Part shown: one piece after another, positions 9,247 through 20,170 of the stretch
How the letters are laid out: each line of letters starts with the position of its first letter
Numbering within the stretch: the first letter of the stretch is position 1
Assembly: GCF_001194135.2 (NCBI RefSeq)
Contig: NC_068999.1
Span: forward strand, 30,769,531-30,810,811
Direction of reading: 5' to 3'
DNA length: 41,281 nt
Source of the DNA: Octopus bimaculoides
Lineage: Eukaryota
Program-made: the position numbers and the translations under genes
The notes under the pieces: model-generated
What the model was told of the DNA's origin: nothing
The model's input: only the letters and a program-made list of their open reading frames with translations
The model's database searches: none

Positions 9247-12200
9247 ATGGAGACAATTAAATTGGATGTCTCTTTAAAAGACGTTCCCATAGCATCTTCA
9301 GGAATGCTTGAAGGATCTAATAAACAAAACTAAGGAATTCAGAATAAGGTGTAAGGTTTATTATTTTGATAAGAAACTCGAACAAGTAAATAAAAGTATA
9401 AATCAAGATAGAAGCAACAAAATGGATATAATTGAAAAACATTTTAAAACAAGAAGATAACCACCACCTAATAAACATCTCGATGCTTTTGAAGACGAAT
9501 TATGGGATACAGTTAGAAATATCAAATTCATGAAGCACCCACTCAGAGATGAACATCAGTGGAAGTCAAGATCAATAAACACGGATTTCAAATCTAAGGA
9601 AGGTATTTTGGTTCACTCTGATGAAACAGGAAGCATCTATAATTGGACACTGATCTATATCAGGATCTACTTAGGAAGGAAATGACCAAAAAATACAACA
9701 TAATTGCCCGAAATACATTAAGAACTATAAATCTTGAAGCTAAAAAAATTATGACTGGTAACACTATTGAAGATATAACTGAATATTTTTTTTTCCTTTA
9801 AGGCCTAGAATTTTTTAAAGGACCACAAGGATAATTTTGAAACAAACTCTAAAGTTAGATTAATCTGCCCTGCTAAATCAGATATAGGTAAACTTAGTAA
9901 ATATATTATTGATAAATATATAGAAGAACTTAAGAACAAAATTAAATTGAGATTATGGTCTAATATGCAAGAAGCAATAGACTGGTTCATCAAGATAGAA
10001 GATAAAAATGAATGTAAATTCTTATAGGTAGATATTAATGACTATTACTCATCAGTTCACGCAACAGTCCTAAATAGTGCCCTTATATTTGCTAAAAATA
10101 ATACTAAATTGTCTAGGAAGGAAATTCAAGCCATACTAACAGCTAAAAAATCAATAATTAAGTTTGATAATAAACTATGGGTCCAAAAAGATACATCCGA
10201 CTGCTTTGATATACCTATGGGATCATCTAATTCAGCCCAAGTCACAAATTTGTTTCGTATATACATTCTACAAAATTCAATAGCAAATTTCCAGAAATAG
10301 TGGGTGGTCTATATAGGGATGATGCACTGTTTATCATCAAAACCCTTCAAATAGAAAACTAGAATTATACAAGAAAAAAACTCTATCAGTTCTTTAATTG
10401 TTTTAGACTAAATATTTCAACTGAAAAAGCATAACTCAATTTTTTAGGCATGAATTTTAACCTTAATACTGGAAAATATGTGCCATACCATAAGCCTAAC
10501 TCCAAAATCACTATATTAATATAAAAAGTAATCATCCAAAGTCTATTACCGATTGTTTAGTTAATAATATAGAAAAAAGAATAAATTACCTCTCATTTAA
10601 CAAAGATATCTTTAATGACAACAAAGAATTATACAATATTGCATTGGCAAAAACAGGGTACAAATAGAGAATTAAATATATTAAGCATTATTCACATACA
10701 ATTAATAACAAACAAACATTTACAAGAAGGAAAATGTAACCTTGATATGGAAAAACATAACACTAAAGCTATAATTGATACAATAAATACAGATAAAACA
10801 ACTAATAGATTATATAATAACTATATACTGAATAAAAATGACGAACATAGAAATAGGGTAGTAGAAGCGACAAAAACAGACCTTAAGACTAACACATATT
10901 CTGATATTTATAACAACATAAACAGGCGTAGGAGTGGCTGTGTGGTAAGTAGCTTGCTTACCAACCACATGGTTCCGGGTTCATTCACACTGCATGGCAC
11001 CTTGGGCTGACCAAAGCCNNNNNNNNNNACTGCATGGCACCTTGGGCTGACCAAAGCCTTGTGAGTCGATTTGGTAGACAGAAACTGAAAGAAGCCCGTT
11101 GTATATATATGTATATGTATATATATGTGTGTATGTGTTTGTCCCTCCCAACATCGCGTGTGTTTACATCCCCGTAACTTAATAGTTTGGCAAAAGAGAC
11201 CGATAGGATAAGTACTAGGCTTACAAAGAATAAGTCCTGGGGTTGATTTGCTCGACTAAAGGCAGTGCTCCAGCATGGCTGCAGTCAAATGACTGAAACA
11301 AGTAAAAGAGTATACATATATTACACCTCAAACATAATAAACCAAAAGCACATTATGACCAATATCATCAAAATATAAATGATAAATTAGCTATTGACCA
11401 GATCCATTGGAACATGGGACCTTACAATAATAATAACAACATTAACACTAATTACAATCTAAAAAGGAAAAATAAAAATTACATACCTTATATAAAATCC
11501 ACTGTAAAAATCTATGTTAATCTCAATTCTAGTAAAAATAAAACAAAGGAGAATATTATCTGCTAAGCAAGCAAAAACAAATTTAAAGTTATATGTCGGA
11601 TAATAAGCAAACACCTCTTCCATAATAAAAACAAATATAGTGACATAATACAGAATGGACATTTTAGATTTGCTCATTCTGTTTCCCGCAGCTTGTTTAA
11701 ATATATATCTTCTATGAATTATGCAAAATTAGATAATTTTTATGCTAAGCGAAAACTTAATATTCCCAATAATAAACAAACACATAATAAAGCCAAGTCT
11801 AAATGTTCAAATATAAACGGTCAAAGGGAGCATACTGCCCATAACCCACCTACTAATTCTAGTGATAATCTTAGTAAGTTCTGTGATTGTAGGGTTAAAG
11901 AGCAATGTAAATTTAATAATTATTGCAAACAGAAGAATTTAGTATACCAAGCTATAGTAGAAGCTGAAGATAAACTCTTTTTCTACATTGGCTCTACAGA
12001 ATGATATATGAAACTTAGATTGGCTAATCATGAATGTTCATTTAGAAATCCCAATAAACGTTCTTCAACTAGTATTAGTAAATTCATCTGGAAATTAAAA
12101 GACAGTAATATCAGTTTTAAAATTAGATGGAAGATTATATGTACTGCAAAATCTTACCACCCACCTGATAGAATTTGTCAACTCTGCACTTTAGAGTGCT

Positions 12201-12292
12201 ATAACATCCTTTTTTCTAGTAAACAGATATTAAATGAAAAATTCACAGCTTGCCTACACACACCTAAATATCTATTTTATAAATATCATTGA
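9247..12292 (+). pseudogene. PLE-2 RT plus GIY-YIG ORF with a long Asn/Lys-rich linker, decayed and interrupted by a SINE
   Basis: ATG 9247 METIKLDVSLKDVPI...LINKTKEF. RT motifs VRLICPAKSDIGKLSK, DINDYYSSV, FDIPMGSSNSAQVTNL, GGLYRDDALF. Thumb NHPKSI...YNIALAKTGY. Endonuclease CDCRVKEQCKFNNYCKQKNLVYQAIV...FYIGSTE*YMKLRLANH...IRWKIICTAKSY...CQLCTLE...CLHTPKYL. Confidence 0.92.
10925..11312 (+). mobile_element. SINE family A (tRNA-type head, internal TA/TG microsatellite) inserted in the PLE-2 linker
   Basis: Head ggcgtaggagtggctgtgtggtaagtagcttgcttaccaaccacatggttccgggttca with A/B-box-like spacing. Its tail ...gcagtcaaatgactgaaacaagtaaaagag also occurs reverse-complemented at 36765-36800. It resembles the tRNA-derived octopus SINEs; the family name was not verified. 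Confidence 0.88.
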
Positions 12293-12654
12293 TCATTCTT
12301 TAATTATTAATATCACTAACTATTAAGTTCCTTATTAACCATAAATATTTTTTACTGAATTTGAAACTGAATTAACTAGATCTTTATTAGAACCAGCATT
12401 TATATCCATAATTTTATGCAATATAAAATATATATTATATCTTGCCTAAATATACTTATTTCTAGCATATGCATAATATATTTAAATGGTTATAGTTCGG
12501 CAACCATTCACTTTTATGTCTTTCATTATATATATAAATAATATCCCCTTATCTATAAATTCCTAGCATATGAGTTATTTCTTTCTTATTTTTAAAGAGT
12601 AAATTAAATTGTATCATAATTCATATTTATTAAATTATCTTTAAATATCAACAT

Positions 12655-12691
<37 letters not shown>

Positions 12692-12692
12692 A

Positions 12693-12723
<31 letters not shown>

Positions 12724-13122
12724 NNNNNNNNNNNNNNNNNNNNNNNNNNNNNNNNNNNNNNNNNNNNNNNNNNNNNNNNNNNNNNNNNNNNNNNNNNNNN
12801 NNNNNNNNNNNNNNNNNNNNNNNNNNNNNNNNNNNNNNNNNNNNNNNNNNNNNNNNNNNNNNNNNNNNNNNNNNNNNNNNNNNNNNNNNNNNNNNNNNNN
12901 NNNNNNNNNNNNNNNNNNNNNNNNNNNNNNNNNNNNNNNNNNNNNNNNNNNNNNNNNNNNNNNNNNNNNNNNNNNNNNNNNNNNNNNNNNNNNNNNNNNN
13001 NNNNNNNNNNNNNNNNNNNNNNNNNNNNNNNNNNNNNNNNNNNNNNNNNNNNNNNNNNNNNNNNNNNNNNNNNNNNNNNNNNNNNNNNNNNNNNNNNNNN
13101 NNNNNNNNNNNNNNNNNNNNNN
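12724..13122. other. Assembly gap (N run)
   Basis: Direct reading. Other long gaps are at 14574-14758 and 38330-38977. 10-N gaps are at 11019-11028, 24637-24646, 32760-32769 and 36307-36316. Confidence 1.
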
Positions 13123-13205
13123 AACCAGCATATTAAAAGAATCAGAAGATTCAGAAAAAATTTTCTGAGATTTCAAAAGGATTATAGTACATGTCTATAA
13201 AAAAA

Positions 13206-13840
13206 AGACCACTAAGTGGACTGTAATGTGCTAGAAGAAGATCACTTAAAAATTCTCAAAGAAAATTCAGCGGAGCAAAAACAGGCGGGCAAGACTAGTG
13301 AAAATTATAAATACCTAAGTTATCTGTAGACCATGGTTTCAAAATCAACACTTTCGTAACGAAAGTATCTGTTTTTCCTCAGTACAGACTGCCATAACAA
13401 TTATAATCCAACAGAACCTCGTGCTAATTGTCTCCAACAAATGAAAACATGTGCACGGGATTCTATTAATTATAAAGAGTAAAATTCAAAAGTCTTAGTT
13501 TTGGCGTGCTAAATCCGGAAATATCTCTGCAGAAAATAATTTCTGCAATTGAATTTACGTTAAGAAAGTGTTGATTTTGAAATCATGGTCTACAGATAAC
13601 CTAGGTATTTATAATTTTCACTAGTCTTGCCCGCCTGTTTTTGCTTCGCTGAATTTTCTTTGAGAATTTTTAAGTGATCCTCTTCTAGCACATTAACAGT
13701 CCACTTAGTGGTCTCTTTTACACACACACACACATATATATATATATACGAATGTATAGATACATAAATATATACATTTTATATACTGATGACTAAGGGT
13801 TCACATGTAAGGCTTTTGAAATACATATAATAATCAAATT
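13206..13840 (+). mobile_element. PLE-3: probable short 5'-truncated PLE fragment with an approximately 156-bp inverted 5' duplication, nested in the PLE-2 tail
   Basis: 13206-13361 is the reverse complement of 13558-13714 with few mismatches. The spacer gives frameshifted YNPTEPRANCLQ and INYKE*NSKVLVLAC*IRKYLCRK*, resembling a PLE endonuclease C-terminus. It is followed by (CA)n(TA)n and a CTGATGA...GAAA motif. Confidence 0.6.
13778..13834 (+). ncRNA. Weak minimal hammerhead-like motif
   Basis: CTGATGA at 13786-13792, 25-nt helix II region, GAAA at 13818-13821, TACA loop, TA. Helix I is AT-only with a bulge and helix II has G-G mismatches. Confidence 0.4.
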
Positions 13841-14313
13841 TTTCAAACATTTGTCTATACATGATTTTAAATATAACACAATATGATGTGAATGCTATGC
13901 ATCCATAGATTTTCTGAACTGTATCTATTACCAAACCAATGAAAATAATTTATCTATAATGGCCAACTAATAATTTTTTTCTATCTAACTTATCCTTCAT
14001 TTATTTTATTATATAATTCTTCCCTTGCATATTTAAGTATTGTCCTTTCTTTTTATTTAAATTTATATACTATTTTACACACATATATATTTTTCTTTAC
14101 TTTTTATATCATATCTTCTTACTTTACCTTTATTTGTATGTAACTTTAATTTTTTTAATTTTTTGATGTTATTCAAATTTTATTTTATCTTTACTTCTAT
14201 AATTCACTAGCTAAATACATAGGCATAATATATATGATTTAACTTTTGAAACTTATTAGTAATTCGTTAGCACCCTTTCAAGAAATATGCTAACCTTTGT
14301 AGTATAAGCTCAT

Positions 14314-14438
14314 AAATCCCTGATGAGATTCTACTCCATATAGTTGAGAATGATGACCAATTCTTAGCTTATGACCCTACCCAATGCTTAGAATTACTAA
14401 TCACCTAGGGGCATGAATCGAACATATATGTAAGTTTT
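14314..14438 (+). ncRNA. Type-I hammerhead fold with 93-nt helix II, sense copy in the PLE-2 tail
   Basis: AAAUCC-CUGAUGA(14320-14326)-GAUUC...GAAUC(14415-14419)-GAA-CAUAUAUG-UA-AGUUUU. CUGAUGA is intact, the helix II base is a perfect 5 bp, and one A of GAAA is missing. Confidence 0.72.
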
Positions 14439-15909
14439 TGGCATCTACCATTTCTTTTAGAGCTTTATAATTTATTTGAATTGCTTTTATAAAAAAAATC
14501 TTTCAGCCTAATTATATCATACATATAAATTATTTATACATCCATAATTCTCTATTTTCTTCCTTTCATCTTTNNNNNNNNNNNNNNNNNNNNNNNNNNN
14601 NNNNNNNNNNNNNNNNNNNNNNNNNNNNNNNNNNNNNNNNNNNNNNNNNNNNNNNNNNNNNNNNNNNNNNNNNNNNNNNNNNNNNNNNNNNNNNNNNNNN
14701 NNNNNNNNNNNNNNNNNNNNNNNNNNNNNNNNNNNNNNNNNNNNNNNNNNNNNNNNNNATATATATATATACATATATATATATATATCCACACACACAC
14801 AAACATACATATGCATACACACATAGATAAGCAATATTATATAAATACGACTATCATCATCAACATCTTCACCATCATTGTTACTGCTTTATGCTGATGC
14901 AGCTATTGTATATAAATGCAAATTTCACTATTATTGATTACAAATAGATCTATTAACTCTGAATACAAACTTCGGAATATAAGTGTGTGTGTGTGTGTGG
15001 GTGTAAGGGTGCATGTGTTCCTTATTTAATATATACATGAATGTGTGAACATGTGTTCAGGAGATGAAAGAAATGAAACTAATAGCTACAGTGAGAAAAC
15101 ATTATCCTTGTATTCTTAGATTACATAATTGCTGCTATATTTTCCACCTGGTCAGAATCACATAAGCCACAAAATCATGTATGCAACAGGTAGGAATATT
15201 GGCTAGTTAGGCAATAGAAATAATGAGGATTTGTCAATATCTTTCTATTCAGTATATTTCAGACAAGATTATTCCACTAGAATTCAACATTTCTATCTTG
15301 CCTGGTCACCTTAGATGAAGTACATTATGGTATATGCCGCAATCAAACTAACTGCAAACAGTTACCACTCCCACTTCACAGATGAGTGGTTAGCAATAGC
15401 AGAAAGTATTAATGTGAAAATAACTACTCCAGCTTTTATATCTAAATATACAAAAGAGAGAAATGGGTGTAAATCAATGAAAATATAATTGCATTGTAAA
15501 TATTAAAATCAAAGGTTTTCAGACATCATCAACTTTTCCATTAGCATAGGCTTTATTGGTGTATCAGTTACAGTAACTTTCTGGCTGATGTCCTTCTGTG
15601 TTGATTTTGTATATGAAGTTACACTGTCTTAAAACTGACTTTAACTCTTCCTCCCAAGGCTTCATCTGTTCAATATAAACTCAAGGAATATTTTCATCAA
15701 TTAAGACATCCATGTTTATTAAGGACTTCAAAAATGTGGAGCCCTGGTATATTTAGTATATACATTTGGAATACTTCACGTAGGGATCACATCTAGTTGA
15801 ATTGATGGTAGCTTACATATCATATGATTGTGTAATCACACACGAGAGTAACAGCAATGTTAATCAATACACTCATCATAAGTATACATGATAAACAGAA
15901 TATCTTATT

Positions 15910-16260
15910 TCTTACTGATTTCATTCATTGGACTGTGGCCATGCTGGGATACTGCCTTTAAGGGTTTAGTTGAACAACTTGATTCCTGTACTTATTTTTG
16001 AAAGATGGTTCTTACTGTATGGGTCTTTTAGTTATAGGGGCATAAACAAACCAACACCAGTTGTTAAGCAATGCGGCAGGGAAAAAAACGAACACACACA
16101 CAATAGGCTTTCACATAGTTTCCAGCTACCAAATCTACTCACAAGGCATTGGTCAGCTCAGGGCTGTAGTGGAAGATACTTGCCCAGGGTATCACAGTGG
16201 GAATGAACCTGGAACAATGTGGTTTCAAAATGAGCAAACCACATAGCCATGCCTGCACCT
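15910..16260 (-). mobile_element. SINE family A copy (diverged)
   Basis: Reverse complement of the 10925-11312 family: ggactgtggccatgctgg...ccaaatctactcacaaggcattggtcagc...gaacctggaacaatgtgg...accacatagccatgcctgcacct. Confidence 0.8.
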
Positions 16261-16274
16261 GTATATCATTTATA

Positions 16275-17100
16275 TTGAAAGTATATAGATGGTGATTATA
16301 AAGATATTATATACATGTTGATTATGCATACATTATATAGACACTATATAGATGATGACTATATACACAGTATATAAACAGTATGTATGTACACACACAC
16401 ATATATATATTAAAGAACTTTGTTGTGTAAGGTCAGAATAATGTGAGAAGGTACAAAGTAAACCGCGAAAAGAAAAGAAACCAAAACAAGTTGCAGTATA
16501 TATTTGTTGAATATTTAGACATTTCATAGATGTGGTATACATTAATCAATACGTAGATGTTAACAATATAGATAAAGAGTATATAGATGTTGATTATATA
16601 GACTGCATAAAGATGATGACTGGTCTGACAGTATATAACTGCTATGTAGACATTTTATCAATGTTATGTATATAGATATATAATACTTGGATGTTGACTG
16701 AATTTACAGTATACAGATGTTGACTATATGCAGAAAGTATCAGTACAAAGAATATATGACATTTGTTTCAACTAATAAAGATTGTATAAGTTGCACATTC
16801 TGGAAGAGTAACTCTTCCGCTATAGTAACTCTTCTTCATTGTAGGTGAATAATAGATTCCAAGCAAAAGCAATATGCAAGCATTGAGTTCTTGAAAAGTG
16901 TTGGGGTAGGCTAATCTGATATCCACAGGTTGTTTACAGAGATAAAGATCAATGTGCACAGATGGATGAAAAAGTTTAAAGAAAAGGAAACCAGCACTGA
17001 AAGCTATTCACACAGTATAGAGATGTTAACTATATAGTTAGTATATATAGATATTATTTATATAGATGGTATATGTTGACTATATCTATATAGTAGGCAT
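16275..17100. repeat. Degenerate approximately 26-bp minisatellite (acagtatatagatgttgactatatag), interrupted array
   Basis: Recurrent gtatatagatgttga(c/t)tatata units at about 16280-16400, 16525-16760 and 17010-17100. Confidence 0.75.
16770..17004 (+). mobile_element. Probable mariner-type transposase N-terminal relic
   Basis: KQYASIEFLKSVGVG*SDIHRLFTEIKINVHRWMKKFKEKETSTE resembles the mariner HTH N-terminus (QRAVIEFL..EG...IH.RL......V.RW..RFK.G..S). Confidence 0.45.
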
Positions 17101-17267
17101 ATGTTTAATGATGCAAACAAGAAAACAGAACTCAAAATAGGAGTATAGATGCGTTTTTTTATTAATGATTAGTAGAAGTTGCAGAGTGACTCAAACGCTG
17201 AGAGTGTTGTGTATTTGCACTTATCAAATGGCATAATGAACAAACCATTTGAAAAAATGCATCAAAC

Positions 17268-19495
17268 CAATTAAGGATATGACAATTAAGGATATAAAGA
17301 CAGGGAAAGCCCCTAGCCCATCAGGAATCACTGCTGAGATGCTTAAAATATCTGGTAGTGTGGGTTTGGGTCTTGTCACCTGTATTGTAAATCAGGTGGT
17401 TCACAAAGGAGTCATGCCCAATGACTAGTGTAGCAGCACCATAGTCAACTGCTACAAATGTAAAGGTGATGACTTAGAAATAATTACAGAGGTATTACAT
17501 TTTTGGATCAGTGGATGAAGGTCATGGAGAGGGTCATAGCCCAACTAATTAGGGAGGGAGCTAGTCTAGATGAGATGTAGTTTGATTTTGTGTCAGGAAG
17601 AAGCACCATTGGTGCTATATTTCTGGTAAAGGCGGCGAGCTGGCAGAATTAGCACACTGGGTGAAATGCTTAGCAGCATTTCGCCCGTTGTTATGTTCTG
17701 AGTTCAAATACCGCCAAGGTCGATTTTGCCTTTCATCCTTTTGGGGTCGATGAAATAAGTACCAGTTATGCACTGGGGGTCGATGTAATTGACTCAATCC
17801 CTCCCCCCACATTTGAGGCCTTGTGCTTCCAGTAGAAAGGGTTTCTGGTAAGGCAGTTGCAGGAGAAATACATAGCCAAAGATAAATCTCTGTACTTGGC
17901 TTTTGTTGACTTGGAGAAAGCTTTTGACAGGGTCTCCTGATCCTTTATCTAGTGGTCAATGCAGAAACTAGGGATAGGTGAGTGGTTGGTGAGAGCTGTA
18001 CAAGTCATGTACAGGGATGCTGTCAGTAACGTGAGGATTGGCATTGTGTACAGTGAAGAATTAAGGATACAAGTAGGGGTTCATCAAAGATTGGTCCTCA
18101 GCCCCCACTTGTTCATCATAGCCCTCCAGGCAATAACAGAGGAATTTAAGACAGGTTGACCCTGGGAGCTCCTCTATGTTGATGATCTTGTTCTTATAGC
18201 TGAATCACTACCAGACCTAGAGAAGAAGTTTCAGATATGGAAGCAAGGTCTAGAATCAAAGGGCCTTAGAGTTAACCTAGCAAAAACCAAAGTCTTAGTA
18301 AGTAGGAAGGCAGACAAATCACAAATCCTTTCAGGTAGAAGGCCCTGCTTGATCGGTAGAAACTCCAAAAGATGTACCCAGTGTAAGCTATAGACACATA
18401 AGAGGTGCAGCAGTATCAGAGGAAGGTTAACAGGGTAAATAGCTTTTGTGTGTGGCAGACGCACAGGTACAATAAACACTGAAAATATACAGAAAATGGA
18501 CTCCATCAACTGTCAGGGTGGGAGGTGGAGGTAAAGTAGAGGTAGTAGATAGCTTCCATTATCTAGGTGACCAAGTTAGTAGTGGAGGTGGATGCTCCAA
18601 ATGCATAGCTGTGAGGATAAGAATAGGTTGGGTAAAGTTCAGCTCTTACTTCTGCTGGCAACAAAGGGCCTCTCCCTTGGAGTGAAAGGCAGATTGTATG
18701 ATAACTGTGTGTGAACAGCTATGCTATAAGGCAGTGAAACATGATCTGTGACAGCTGAGGACATGTGTAAGTTTAAAAGAAATTAAGCCAGTATGCTTCA
18801 CTGGATGTGCATTGTCTGTGCATATATGACAGTGTAAGCATCTTGAGAGAAAAGTTGGGTATAAGAGGTATCAGATGTGGTGTGCAAGAGAGACGACTGT
18901 GATGGTATGGTCATTTGATGTGCATGGACGAGGACAGCTGTATAAAGGAGTGTTGATCTCTAACTGTGGAGTGAACCTGTGGAAGAGGTAGACTCAGGAA
19001 GATATGGGACGAGGTGGTGAAGCATGATCTTCGAATGTTGGGCCTCACAGAAGCAATGAGTAGTGACCAAGGCCTTTGGCAATATGTTGTGTTTGAGAGG
19101 ACCTGCCAAGGCAAGTGAAATCATAGTTTTGGCCAATGCTAGTGTCATGTAACTAGCACCTAAAAAGCACCTTTTGAGCATTGGGCCTTCCAGCGGCAAA
19201 GTGGCCGATGCCGGTGGCATGTGAAAAGCTCCTTTTGAGTGTTGAGCCTCATGGAAGCAATGACGAATGACCAAGACCTTTGGCATTATGTTGTGCTTGA
19301 GAAGAAGACCCATCAAGCCAAGTAAAAGCACCCATTACACTCTTGAAGTGGCTGGCATTAGGAAGGACACCCTGCTATAGAAACCATACCAAATCAGACT
19401 GGAGTCTGGTGCAGCCTTCCAGCTTGCCAGCCCTGATCAAACTGTCCAACCCATGCCAGCATGGACAATGGACGTTAAATGATGATGATGATGAT
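17268..19495 (+). mobile_element. RTE-clade LINE, 5'-truncated, decayed RT ORF plus 3' UTR ending in (GAT)n
   Basis: IKDIKTGKAPSPSGITAEMLK, TIVNCYKCKGD..NYRGI, LYLAFVDLEKAFDRV, VGVHQRLVLSPHLF, ELLYVDDLVL, VNLAKTK, F.YLG, RLYD.CV.TAML.GSET. The tail ends aacccatgccagcatggacaatggacgttaaatgatgatgat. Confidence 0.95.
17630..17841 (+). mobile_element. SINE family B inserted in the RTE RT domain with a 10-bp TSD
   Basis: tttctggtaa occurs at 17620-17629 and 17842-17851. Removing the insert restores AIFLVRQLQEKY, as in the RTE copy at 40.7 kb. Head aggcggcgagctggcagaa...gagttcaaataccgcc. Confidence 0.92.
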
Positions 19496-19704
19496 CCATG
19501 TGACATTTCGTTTTTATAATTTGTTCCAAAACAATGCAGGGAAGGCCAGTATCACTAGTATATAAACTTATCACCCTTTGATTTGAAACCAGTTTTATAA
19601 TTGCTAACATAAAAGTACTTGGCCCTTGAGTGACTCTGAACCTTCTGTTGATTATTAATAAAAATGTCTAGTCAGCATATGTCCCATTTAGATGCTGACT
19701 ACTT

Positions 19705-20170
19705 AGACAGTATACAGATGTTGACTTTATAGTCAAGATAGGGCAGTATATACATGTTCAACTGTATAGACAGAATATGGAAGTTGGCTATAGAAACAGT
19801 ATATAGATTTAGATTACATTGATAGACAGTACATGAATTTTGAATATATAGATAGTATATAGAAATTGTCTATATAGACAGTACATAGCTGTTGACTACA
19901 TAAACATTATTTGAATGTAGACGATATAAAATGCATTTAGATGTTATCTGTATAGATACAGATGCTGACTAGATTGACAATATATAGTTGACTATATAAA
20001 CAGTCTGTGAAACAATATATGAATTTGGATTATTTAGATAGACAGTATACAAATGTTGACTATATAGACAGTATGGAAATTTTGGCTGTATAGACAGTAC
20101 ATGGACGTTGACAATATAAATAGTTTTAGATGTGGACTATATAGACATACAGTATATAGGTGTTGAGTAG
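19705..20170. repeat. Second array of the approximately 26-bp minisatellite
   Basis: Units such as acagtacatagctgttgactacataa and acagtatacaaatgttgactatatag. Confidence 0.85.

Larger units (their letters stand above)
7411..14573 (+). mobile_element. Penelope-like retroelement PLE-2 with an inverted 5' copy of its 3' end (inverted pseudo-LTR architecture)
   Basis: Sense ORF at 9247-12292. 8510-9133 is the reverse complement of about 12033-12652, and about 7545-8120 is the reverse complement of about 13978-14573. Both outer ends lie next to (TA)n tracts (7394-7410 and 14759 onward, after a gap). Confidence 0.9.

Noticed and set aside
10989-11058. 30-bp direct repeat flanking a 10-N gap
   Set aside because: Typical overlapping contig ends around a placeholder gap, so an assembly artefact.
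12002-12004. In-frame TGA inside the PLE-2 GIY-YIG domain (YIGSTE*YMKLR) as a possible selenocysteine codon
   Set aside because: The same ORF has several other stops (TAG, TAA) and frameshifts, the position is not a conserved Cys, and I saw no SECIS-like hairpin. Ordinary decay is the simpler explanation.
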